DNA of 32,059 nt from positions 1 through 32,059 of the forward strand of contig JAVECL010000264.1 of the NCBI GenBank assembly GCA_051942245.1. Reading direction: 5' to 3'. Source of the DNA: Trypethelium eluteriae. Taxonomy: Eukaryota. The notes beneath the pieces were generated by a model that ran no database searches, had not been told where the DNA came from, and was given only the letters and a program-made list of their open reading frames with translations. The position numbers and the translations under genes are program-made. Positions 10,790 to 23,900 of this stretch are shown here, piece by piece (within the stretch, counting starts at the first letter, position 1; every line of letters starts with the position of its first letter).

Positions 10790-11620
10790 ACGGCGCTTTG
10801 GCGTCTTGGATACCTACCCTACCGCTTCATACATGTGGCCTTCGGAAAGATACTTCAAATAAAGTCGGCGTGGCTTGCATGCTTATTGATGAGCTACCTG
10901 GAAAGCCTCTGCTTTTTATGAACCCTTCGCCCAACCAGATGCGCAAGGTCTATCACGAACTAATTGAAATCATTTTAATTTGGGGCGTCGCTCCCTTGAT
11001 TGCATTGAAGCTCTCAGGTTTGAACCTTACGCAGAGGCTCGTGTCGGTTCCATTGTGGGCGATCGATCCGGTACACTAGCCAAACTTAACCCCCCCGACT
11101 CCGCTCGGGCTTATTACACGGCATAGTGTGCAGAACATTTGAAGCTTATAGCGATCCGTCAGCTATTCGTCTGGTTTTCGGTCAAGGCATATCTCATCTT
11201 CAGCTTCCCCAAGGTGCAAGCCGAGCAAAGGCTGTGGAAAAATGTTGAGCAGGCGCTCGATACAGCTCCCTTTCATCTGAAACATATGGATGATAAGGTA
11301 GATCACATTCTGGTTAATGAGAACTTCAACACGACCGGATTCATCGACTGTACTTTTGCCGGGGCGATACCGGCATATGAAGCATTCAATCCTTCGTTGA
11401 TGACGGCCCATATGGGTGATTTGTTCTCAGCGAAAGTACGATGTACCGAGGGTGCTAAAATGCTAAGGTCGGCGTTTCAGAACAAAGGTCCTGATCTTGC
11501 TTGCTGCGTTGCAACTTCCACGGATAAGATTCGGCGACTTTCTCGCTCGGGGCCGGCGTCGACTTGTCCTGTCATGAGGCGCTTAGACTGTTCAAGATAT
11601 CAAGACAATCCTTCATAGAG
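10790..11620 (+). pseudogene. Degenerate APH-type phosphotransferase, paralog of the 7153-8592 gene
   Basis: IPTLPLHTCGLRKDTSNKVGVACMLIDELPGKP and HLKHMDDKVDHILVNENFNTTGFIDCTFA...EAFNPS align by eye to VPTPKVFTYGLASDPDNQVGVSYILMEALPGTP and RHVDDKGDHLLIDETGNVTGIIDWQFA...EAFGPS. There is a frameshift near 10980, an in-frame TAG at 11124-11126 and no recognisable N-terminus. Boundaries are approximate. Confidence 0.85.
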
Positions 11621-13016
11621 ACACTGATCCTTTTGAATAACAGATGTCAAAGCTTCCAGAAGGAACGAGAGACGGATGAAAGACTCAAGCATCAACAGCT
11701 GATGTCGATCAGTAACTAGGACCGGCTTCTGATTGAGCCCGCTTAGCCGTGAGCATTCTCTATATGTTGGAATGATGTTTATAAAGAAATCGGTCTGGAA
11801 CTGCAGAATCCACAGCGTGATCGACACTGCGGGCAATGTTATAGGATCGGTGCTTCACAGATCTGTATGTAGAGAGCTTGAGCGTGCTTAAACAAATAGG
11901 CCAGACACGACCACACACATCTGCCATGCGAAACGTGTTTGGCTAGTAATTGCATTATCTCTTGTTTCTCCCTTCTGTGCGCTTCAGCGACGTGGAAAGT
12001 AGTAGGACACCAAGTTGAAGCGTGTGATTGACGTACAAACTATGCTGATCTGCCGAAGTGCCGGAGAATTATTTCCCATGCAGGGTTCCGTGGCCCTGCA
12101 GCTCGACACGCAATCCAGCGTGCATTTCCTGGGTTTAGGGATAAATAGGATTTAGTCGGTACCGAACTTGCGATTGCTCTGTTGAGACTGCCAGGGTTGT
12201 CTTCGCGGGTTTGGAGAGACAAGGGAGGGATTTCACGTTCCAAGGAGAGTCTGTTCACAGGTTACGTCCTTGACCACAACATCATGTATCCTAGCTGGTA
12301 TATATTCTATCGATTTGATGAAGTATGTACTCTTGTGTCAATCTCTGAATGCCGAAACCACCGAAAACCCTAGACGACTGTGGGATGTTGGTCCGGTTGG
12401 ATATTTCGTCATGATCGCGGAACGGGACGCACTGCGATCTGCCGTAGCGACAATTATCCGGGGTAGTCTTAGGAACATGTGTCTGCACGACCGAAGAGAG
12501 GACATGGATAGGTAGGCGAGAACCAGGATGAAAGGCTAAGGCAAGATTGCGATGCGATGTCGATCAGTTCGGACCATTTTGGGCTTCTTGCATCGTCTTT
12601 GTCAGGCCTGATATTTAAGCATGCTATAAGCACCGTCATTCACGTGCCAATCACCTCCCCTTGCCTTTGTCAGTTTAATCGAGGCCTCAACGCAGCTGCT
12701 GTTGACGCACGTCCATGAACAGGCCTCTAACGATGCCTGCAGCTGCTCGGTAGGAATAGGGGCAACGTAACACACCACAGTAAGGAAACCAGTCGAAGGC
12801 AATAAAATGCAAGCAATCAGAAGTAGGCAGCTAGGAGCAGTTGAGCTTTCAATAACGGGCGATTTGCAAGCTGTAGTCGGTCGGTAGCAAAGAAGTGTCC
12901 AAATAGTAATGGACCGCGTTGCTCGATAAGTCTTGGAGGAGACCCAAGCATAGAGGCAAATTTTCACAGAGGTCCTCAGCTACCTAGGTATGATCACTTA
13001 CAAATTGACCTTACCT

Positions 13017-13270
13017 TACACCCAGCTGGAGTAGCGGCCTTGGCGCGCTAACTCAGCAAAATTACCGCCGGCTCAACCCCGGCTCAACCCCGCTCAGGAT
13101 CAGGCTTGCATCGCCACTTCCTCATGCTCTGCTCAGCCGTGGTCAGTTATGCTTGATCTCGCTCAGTCGGTGCTCAAGCGTCCTTCAAGCTTGATTAACC
13201 GTGCTCAGGCTCCCTGTGTGCCATTTCTGGGCACCCTTCGCTCCCAAGCCGCCTTTGACGAAATACTGTA
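13017..13270. repeat. GCTCA-motif-rich non-coding stretch, possible transposon-end relic
   Basis: Seven GCTCA copies including tandem GGCTCAACCCC units, bounded by TACAC (13017) and TACTGTA (13270). Confidence 0.35.
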
Positions 13271-13400
13271 CAATTTACGCGACGATCTCAGAGTGTTACG
13301 AAACGCGTAAAATGCTCGTGCTCCAAAGGGTATCCTCAGGTGTCTAATTCTTCCCTGCTCCTTTGACTTTCAACATTAATGAGAATCAAATGCGACTTCC

Positions 13401-13994
13401 CTAAGTCTGTGGTGGCACCCAAGGCACATAACCCTGTTGCCGAACCTTCTTCACTTGGATCTCACCACCTTCGGGCTTATGAGTGACTTTCTTACCGCAA
13501 CTAGCGCAAGTACAGTAATGGTCAATGTCTGTTGTGCCTCCTGAGAAAGCCAAACAGACAAGACAAGGACAAACGAGGCAAAGGAGGCAAGCGAGCGCGC
13601 CTTCGTTCCCAATCATCGGATCATCAATCACATATAATAAACAGCACTTGTAGCACACTTACTCTGAAGTCTGGTTCACCCTATCCACGTTTGTCTTTGT
13701 TCTTTGCTTGCAAAATGGACACGCAATCCATTCAGGCCTATCCTTGAGATTTTCCAATGGCATGACGTAGAGAGGTTCGGGAGTCGGGTTGATTGTAGGT
13801 TGCGTTTGTGCAGCGAGAGTCTCCGTATTTGGATTAGGTACCTTGCCTACTTCAAAGTCGCACCTGATCTAGGCGACATACTCGGACTGTAGTGCTTGCG
13901 AAGGTTTGGTCAGCGTCGGCGCGGAAGCATTACTACCGTCTCGTTCTTCAGGAGCCTGGCTCTGCAGTGCTATTATTGCTGGCAACTCGGACAT
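13401..13994 (-). pseudogene. LITAF-like zinc-ribbon membrane protein, apparently disrupted
   Basis: ATG 13994 (ACAAAATG), then VMPLENLKDRPEWIACPFCKQRTKT, a Cys-rich hydrophobic stretch CLLCLVCPCLVCL, and DIDHYCTCASCGKK; this is the CxxC/hydrophobic/HxCxxC layout of LITAF. Donors GTATGT (about 13881) and GTAAGT (13662) exist, but neither has a frame-preserving AG at the expected position after a branch-point motif. Confidence 0.7.
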
Positions 13995-14806
13995 TTTGTA
14001 GAAGTTGCAGCTCTGTCCCCCTGGGCCGGGTCTGCATATCTCCACCACGTACCTTCAAATCGCGACCGACCTTTGGAATAAGACCCAGTTACAGAGCGGT
14101 ACTGGCGAAAGGGGTTGGCGTCGTTCAGCCCCGTCCAGCCACAAGGGCGCAGGTTGCACCGCTCGGGTAGGTATTCTTGCAACGTTTCCTGTGGCAATGT
14201 TCGCAAAAGGAGTATTACGTACATCTCCGTAATGCTAAGAACAGATGCCAGTGTCGCTTTATTAAGTGGGTTACCAATCTGTACTTGATGTGGATTGATA
14301 TCACACGCGACCAGCCAAAAGTCCTGAACTCGGGATGGCAGCCAGAACTCATAATGCAAACTCTTCTTTCGTCTTCTCTTGGGCCGAGCTCCAAATGATC
14401 CTCTAAAACTCTTCAGCTCCTTGCGATGCGTTTTTATTCTTTGAGCAATCGAATTAGCTGATCCGACGTAGATCTTCCTGACGTTTCGATCTGGGTCATA
14501 GAGTATATGTACATAGACGCCCGCTCCTTGATGGGATTCGACGTTGAACGACTGTGATTCGTGAATCGATTTGATCGTGTTGAATTCAATTCTAGGGCTC
14601 TCGATCAACTGTCGCATAGCCTTGGTGAAAGACTCGAGGATTGTCGCCTGAACAGCATCCGACCCATACTCTGTAACAAAGGTTTGATATCGAATATATG
14701 GCTCCCAAGGCTTGACCCCATTGCCAATCTTGCGGATCAGGCCGTGCAAGATTGATAGGTGATGGTCCGAGCCAATATCGCCGTCGAAGAGCGGTGTTGA
14801 TGGCAT
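13973..14806 (-). CDS. GIY-YIG nuclease superfamily protein, 277 aa
   Basis: GAGVYVHILY...KIYVGSANSIAQRIKTH, later LSITEMY (Glu) and GWTGLN (Asn), matching the GIY/YIG/R/H/E/N order of the fold. Upstream exons cannot be excluded. Confidence 0.75.
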   Translation of the reverse strand: MPSTPLFDGDIGSDHHLSILHGLIRKIGNGVKPWEPYIRYQTFVTEYGSDAVQATILESFTKAMRQLIESPRIEFNTIKSIHESQSFNVESHQGAGVYVHILYDPDRNVRKIYVGSANSIAQRIKTHRKELKSFRGSFGARPKRRRKKSLHYEFWLPSRVQDFWLVACDINPHQVQIGNPLNKATLASVLSITEMYVILLLRTLPQETLQEYLPERCNLRPCGWTGLNDANPFRQYRSVTGSYSKGRSRFEGTWWRYADPAQGDRAATSTKCPSCQQ

Positions 14807-15483
14807 CTCTAGTTCCCTCGTGACCTAGCATACGTTGGTTTCGGGTGGGAAAGCAATGCGAATGACACGAGGTGCCGACGGATCAAGAACCTCCAGACGA
14901 GGCGGGATAGATGAGCCTTGCTGGGAGGTGAATCAAGGAGACCGCCGGCGTTTCTTGATGTCGCTGCCTGTTTCTAGAAGCACTTAGAAGGGTCATCAAA
15001 TGTAAAGTTTAGGTTGTCTGATCGTGGAAACGGCCGGCGGGGGGTGAGAGGGCATCCTAGCATGTTTCCCCTCAACCCCACCAAAATTACTAATAAAAAG
15101 TAAATAGCTAAATAACAAATACGATAACTTCTATTTTCACTGCAAATATATCCAGAGCATCAATCAAGTGTGTCATAAATTAGCAGCCAAATAAAACTAC
15201 TCTTTGCCAGTAATTTTCGTGGGATTGCCGCGGGAACTAAGATTTGGTTGTTCCGAATGCTGCTAGTACTAGTAGGGTATGCTTACCTAATCTCGCACAG
15301 GCCCTTAGAGCACCAAAATCCGAATTTAGTTAGAACAGAAGCAATCGAGCTCTACCAATTCCAGTTAGTATCAGGTTGAACTTTTCATACAAAAAACGTC
15401 CGTGCGCAACAGCCCGTGAGGCCTGGACACAGTTTGTCACATTTTTCTCTCCTTCACTGTTCATCCTTGAAATATTCGGCGTC

Positions 15484-17356
<1,873 letters not shown>

Positions 17357-17635
17357 GTCTGAAGTAGGAAATGACCTCTTTAGACTATACAGTGGCTGAA
17401 CATGGACTAGCTTAAATACCCTGTAGAAAGCCTCGTCCAAAAGAAGTAATCTAGATCAAAAACTAGATGAAAGGAGAAACAGTTTTTAAAGATTCAGAAA
17501 AAGTACCCATTTTTTTTTTTTTTAAAATATGACAAATTCCTCTAATATTAAAGAGATGCAGAGAAATCAAATCAAGTTTAGAATGGAAAATTGCAGGTCG
17601 CCTACAGGGGCTAATCGCTTCTATGTTGTCACCAG

Positions 17636-19344
17636 GGTAGACACATTTTGCATAGACAAAAGTAGCAGTGCCGAGTTGTCGGAAGCTATTGATTCCATGT
17701 ATCTCTGGTACGAGAAAGCAAATAAGTGTTATACATACCTCGAGGATGTTCCTGCAGATGTCAATACTAAGAGTATTGGCTCCGAGCTTACCAGGACGGG
17801 CTGGGCTACAAGAGGCTGGACACTCCAGGAATTACTTGCACCTCCAGTAGTGATGTTCTACTCCAAAGATTGGGTCCAGATAGGAACCAAAGATACCCTG
17901 AGCTACGTCTTGTCCAGAACTACTGGTATAGATGAGGACTTGCTAACCAGAAAGAAAGTGCTAGACCAGGCAAGTATCGCTAAACGAATGTTTTGGGCTG
18001 GTCGGAGAAATGTGACCAGACCAGAGGACATTGCATATTGCTTAATGGGTATATTTTCAGTTAATATGCCGATGCTATATGGTGAAGGTGGGACCAAGGC
18101 TTTCTTAAGACTGCAAGAAGAGATCATGAAGCACTCCGATGACCACTCAATTTTTGCATGGACGGACGAAGAGGCCTCGTCAGATGCCTTTCATGGATTG
18201 CTTGCAGTACATCCATCTCGCTTCAGACTTTCGAAGAGCGTTATTCCCTACAAGGACCGGGAAGAACGAGTCTCTTACTCTATGAGCAATAGAGGCGTGT
18301 GCATTGAGCTCTACCTGACTCATCTGCCGGATGAAGGGCCTAACATTTATGCCGCACCTCTTGACTGTCCTGTTCCACCTAGATTTGGTGACCATGCCTT
18401 CCTAGCTATATATCTGCAGAAATTGCCGGGAGGACAGAGACAGTATACCCGAGTAAAAATCGGATGTCTCGCTGAAATCCGCGACAGAGGCGCTCTGCAC
18501 ACCATCTACGTGCGTCAAGCTATCGTTATACCCACTCTCGCAGGAGTATATCCAAGCCATGTTCTTCAGTTGCGCAAGGTTACCGGGACTTTTCCGGAGT
18601 ACAAGGTAGTCGCATCCATGGTGCCTCCTGCCGCGGATGGTGCTAAGGCGACTCTATCCTCAAAGGCTGCCTATTTTGGGTTCCGGTTACCCCCTGGAAA
18701 TGCAACAGCCTCGAAGATCCTCAGCAGAGGCGAAAATCGAGTTTCCTATGCTCTACAAATTGTCTGGAGCGAAAAAGAACCACTTCTGATTACCTTACCG
18801 CGGATGGGGGGTTCCCCAACAGGTAATCAATACAATGTTACCTCAGTTCAACTGTTATGACCATGTTGGCCGATGTTAAGGCGGTGTTAATATGGACCAA
18901 CAAGGTCTTAACAGTAAATTCAAAATAACATTGTATTGATTACCTGTTGAGGAACCCCCCAGCCGCCGTAAGGTATGCTCGGATCAATGACTGGGTTTCA
19001 GGGTCGGTTTTGACGTTGTCGAGCTGGAAGACCTTGAAGTCCTAGCCACTCGTCAAGATCGATTCGATATTTTTCAGCAACATTACACTCCAAAATCGAT
19101 GGGAAGTCGCATAAGAGTGGGGTATCATCGTATCTATGTGAAGGCCGAGCCTCTGTTGCGGGGATCAGCGAAGTACTACATGATTGATATTGAGTTGGAA
19201 GCGGTCGAACGACCCACCAAGCCTATCGATGTCATACTGGATAAGATTGAGAATTTGATCGAGCCGGCTACGGATACAGCGGGTCCCACCTCGCATCGTA
19301 GGTTTGGGAGACTGCGGCGAGTTTTTGGCAGTTCAGAGAACTAG
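17636..19344 (+). pseudogene. HET-domain (heterokaryon incompatibility, PF06985-like) gene; 5'-truncated, MITE-interrupted and frameshifted
   Basis: VDTFCIDKSSSAELSEAIDSMYLWY, RGWTLQELLAP, ASIAKRMFWA, EDIAYCLMGIFSVNMPMLYGEG, AFLRLQEEIM, DDHSIFAW. Homology starts at an orphan acceptor (GCTAAT...CAG 17635) and the N-terminal YAILSH.W part is absent. After the insertion, coding resumes (LIMLGS.TGF) and, past a +1 shift near 19000, runs into ORF 19099-19344. Confidence 0.88.
18793..18973. mobile_element. 181-bp palindromic MITE with TA target-site duplication (Tc1/mariner-type)
   Basis: Arms 18793-18879 and 18887-18973 are 87-nt inverted repeats (16 mismatches by hand count, only 3 in the outer 48 nt) around a 7-nt loop. 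TA flanks both ends (18791-92 and 18974-75). Removing the element plus one TA restores CTG ATT ATG CTC GGA. Confidence 0.9.
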
Positions 19345-20984
19345 AGAGACGACTTTCCATTAGCGCTACTGGCTTACAACATATTTCGGGGTGAAAGGAG
19401 CCACATGTCGACATCAGGTACTATGCGATATCTTCTGGGTGTCTTTGAACAATAAAAGTCCAGCTTGAGAATAGCTACATCTCTAGAAAGATGTCACCAA
19501 CGCCGTAATATGGGCCATGATCTGCCCCGGCCACAACTCTTACTTCCTGGAGGTCAGTAATCACTCACGATATGCTCTGGATGACAGTATCAATTAGAAC
19601 AATCCGAAACCCTACCAGGAAATCGTCCCTTGCTACGGATGCACGCCTACCCCGACCATCGTTGACACAATCAATGTCCTCGACAGCCGATAAATTCGTC
19701 AGGATAGTCCGAATAAGAATCAATGCACTGAAAGACATGTGCCTGCTTTTTGCATATATTATTCTCTTTTACATTGATTGTGAGTTTGTTTCTGTCATTG
19801 ATGGACTATTTGGGTTGAGTGATAGGTGAACGTTGACCCCAATATAGAATTCTGAATCAAAGAACACGCCAAGCAAGGGATTTATCGGTAACCGAATGGA
19901 ACAAGCTACGGTACTTATATGATCGATATAAGGGTATTTTAATTCGCCATATATCCAATTTTTCTACAAGGGAAAAGTCGAGCGGAATATATACATCGAA
20001 GTTTTAAACCGATCGCCTTGGCCATCAGTAACGAGAATAAGCTGTGCATTGTGATACTCTAGACTGGTCCAATACTTAGTGACTCTGAAGTTTCCCTCTA
20101 TCCTCTTTTTTTGTCAGCACTAGAGATGATACATCTCTGCAACTACTTCGGCCTGGTTTCAGGAACCACGGATTCTTGCTGGGGAAAAAGCTCCCAAATT
20201 CGGACACCATCATCATTAAATTACTATGGCTCAAGCTACACTCACTCTAGCTCACGGCGGCTCAGGGCACGTTCGAGCTTGCTCAGTCCCACCCAGCCAC
20301 CACTCAAGTTGCTGATTCAGCAATCAAGTTCCACCCCTGTGTAAGCCATGCCCAAAAGTAGACATGGAATTTATGTGAGGTTACTTTATCCTTAAATATT
20401 CCCCGGTATGGCCTTTTACAACACGTTGAGCGAAGTACTCGCAGATCGACAGCCGTGGTTATGAGACGATGATGTAGATTGTACAGTCTGAAAAGACTTT
20501 GTTCCGTTTTTTTTTTGAGACTCTGAAGACTTTGACATATTTCAAAGAAAGCCATAGTCAAATCTGAAGAGGGGTATCTACAATTTCTAGGAGACCGCTC
20601 GACCATCTCCTCTAAATCCACCACGTAAAACATCTTGCAGGCAGTTTTTAGGGCCTCCGAGGCGCTGGCAGCGCTGGACATGGCCTACCCATCACAGGGG
20701 GAGTCCAGCGGACAAAATGCTCAATAAACCCCAACCCATCCATTCATCGAGATTGAGCCGCTCTAAATATGGTCCTGCCACATCTAGAGGGAAAAGCAAC
20801 AGACCTTAATGGAATGCTGAGTAAAGATGTAAAGAAAGGACACCTCGCCTCTGAATTGATAACATAAAGCAGAGGCCGGAAGGGAGGATTAAATAATAAG
20901 ATAATGAATACAAGGCAATCCAGGCCATTACGGGCTGCATCTAGAAGTGAGGCTTCGTTCGTTATGATCGAGATAATGCATCGC

Positions 20985-23900
20985 TCAGTACGCTCCGTTG
21001 AGGCCGTTCATGTCGCCGTTGGGGATACCAAAAAACTGAAACCTATCAAAGCCTCGTTAGCACTTCCTCAGAAAATTCTCCGCCGAAAATGTGGTTCGCA
21101 TACCAGTCTTCCACATTTAGGGCCATCGGTACCACAGGTCCCTGTCCCACGCTGCTATTACTCCATGTATCCTCTGCTTGGGCAGACTGCGGGTGCTGGT
21201 TCATTGAATCGAGATGTGCCCATGTCTGGGGATCATTTTGATGTTGTACCTGCATCCCTGAATGCCCCGGCATCTGCGTTATGCCGTTCGGCGTCTGGAT
21301 TGGTTGCATTTGCTGGGGAGGGTGCTGAATACCCTGCGTCTGCTGCATTTGCTGTATCGAATGCCGTTGAAGCTGAGGATCAACAAAGGAGTTCTGTTGC
21401 ACCGGGGAAACGTTGGTGAAGTTCACACTGGCATCAGCTGGGAAGAGTTGGTCGGGCTGGAAGTTCTGCCACAGATCCTGCGATATGTTTGGCGAGTTCT
21501 TGGTGACGAGGAAAAGGTCTGGAGGTGTACTAGGGAAAGAGTAATTCGGATTGAATGGCGTTGGCGGTCGAGTATTGCCCCGAGAAGGTATGCCTCCCAT
21601 AAATGCATCGCTGTTATGGCGAACGTGTGGAGAAGTTTGGGTCATGTTGGGTACTTGCTGCTGTGAAGGTGCGAGCTCACGCGAAGGGGTTCGAGCAGGT
21701 GTTTGCGGTCGAGAACGTTCGTAGGAGACTTGCGGCACAGGCGGTCCGTTCGAGTAATTCATATCCATGTCATCATACTTCCGCTTGGCCACGTCTTCTT
21801 TTTGTCTAGTCGAAGACTCTGGAGGTGGCCCAATGGCACGCGCCTTCGTATGTCTCTTACCAGCTGCTTTCTGTAAACGTTCTTCCAAAGACTTGTTGCC
21901 AAGGATAGATTCGAACAGCGTGTGGACCATTTTGGCCACTAGCCACACTTTCGAAACTTCTTTTAGGGCATTCATGCAAGTGCCCATTCGTTGCTCAGTT
22001 GCCGAGACGATCTGCTGGTTCGAAGATCGCATTTGGTAGACATGCATAATCAGTGCCGAGAATAAGCTGTATACACTGCACGGACCATTAGCAGAGATAT
22101 TATTTGCCGTAAGACATCTGCTTACATGAATGCAGGGGTGTAGCGTAGCTCGTCGTGAGCTTGAAGATTTTCGATGATCGAAGTGATCATGCCAGCAGCT
22201 TGGTAAGCAATGTTTCGTGAAGGGTATGCACCTTCCTCGGGATATGGTCGCGCGGGATTTGTTTTTGGAGAACCAGCGGGTGGTAGGTGTGCTCTATGCA
22301 GCAGACAGAGGGTGGTGCTGGATTATGTTAATCTCCTTGTGCGTGCCTGACGAGAAAGTCACTTACTAGTAATTTGAATGCAGTAACGCTGACCAAAAGT
22401 GATGCCGCTGCCGTTCCCAATACACCTCCTTTGGACAGTTTTGCAACCAGTCGGCTAGAGCCATGTCACTATGAGTCAGATCTATAGCATTCATTCGTCT
22501 TGACTTGGATGCGACAGAATACTGTTGTGATAAGACTAGGCCCATGATTTCGGTTAATCGGACATAGTTGAGGAAGAATTGAACGTGAATCGGGTCAGGA
22601 GGGTATTCAGCAGGCCGGTCGGGCTCGTCTTCGAGAAAATCGTCCTCAGTTACCATCTCGACGTCTGTATCATCTGTGTTGATGGAGACTGGACGACCCA
22701 AGGCGACCGCTACAGATCGGTCCCTTGTAAATAGAGTCCACCATATGCGCTTCCACAATCGCTTGTCCTGTTTGCTAAGTTGTGACCCTTCCACACTGTT
22801 CTTCATTAGCCTAACTTATCATTATTGTATCAGAACGTGAACTTGCCTTCTGTGCATGCCACAACCTTGAGCAACAATAATGGCAACGCGACTCCAATAG
22901 AACACATTCTTGGTAACATCTGCACCAAAGTCAGATCCCGAAACGGTTGGCGCAACGATTCCCCCTTCTCTGGGCTTACCCTCCGGGCCTTCCCAGTACC
23001 ATCCCATCAAAATGAGAGCCTGGACTATTGTAACGCGGTCTTCTTCGTAGTTGGCATCGTACAAGGCTTTTGCGCGCTTATAGAAGGTCATGGCGGCCGG
23101 TGTGGTCGATCCACTGGCGTCCATGAGTTGTGGATTCGTACATACCCTCGACCCAGCAAGCAGTATCGCTTGTAGGAGGAGCAAAGAAGGGGGATTCTTC
23201 GAATCTCGGTATCGCCGCATAAATCGACTTCGGTTGATTACAGGGACGACCGGCGCGATCCATGTGAAATATGCCTCAATCAATTCATCGCACAATGCCC
23301 GTGGTGGAAGCAGAAAAGCTCCTCTCTGATGGAGTATCTCGATCTCGACATTGTCCAGTTCGTTCATCCTACTCTTTACTCCTCGCACATTCTCTGGTAG
23401 GGGATAGTGGACGACGTCTGAAGTACCGTGTCTATCATGCACTAGCAACGATAGATTGGATGATTCTCCAAGATATGCCACTCGACCTGCTTCCTTGATG
23501 GGAGCTCTTGCGAATTTAGGTTTCATGAATTGCACATAGGTGCCATGGTGAGTGACTTGTTGTGCGGCGTATGCATCCGGAACCTTCGTTGAAGGAGTTC
23601 CATCGGTGGAGTTGTATGCCGTGCTCTTGTCCCTATGTGCTATCACGGGTCCTGGAGACCCTCCCACCGTAGCTGGAGATGTCGTCTCTTCATTCTGGCC
23701 GGATTCACCGTGATCACTACGAATGTGGCGCAATTAGCGAAAAGATGTCTTAGGGTTGGCGAAGGGTGAGGTGGGGTGCGGCAATACCTTTCCGAATCCT
23801 TGATTTTGCCCTGTCCCTTCTTCCGCTTAGGTGTTGGGATCTTGCATTCGATGGAGAAGGCCACGCAGTTGGTGCATGGCACTCCGAGACTCGCCGCATC

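Noticed and set aside
12040..12967. Cluster of 60-120 aa ORFs on both strands
   Set aside because: No recognisable domain or consistent exon chain. It may be a decayed gene, but I cannot support that.
17529..18860. 443-aa ORF taken as an intact HET protein
   Set aside because: Its first 36 or so codons are AT-rich/intron-like sequence and its last 22 or so come from the MITE.
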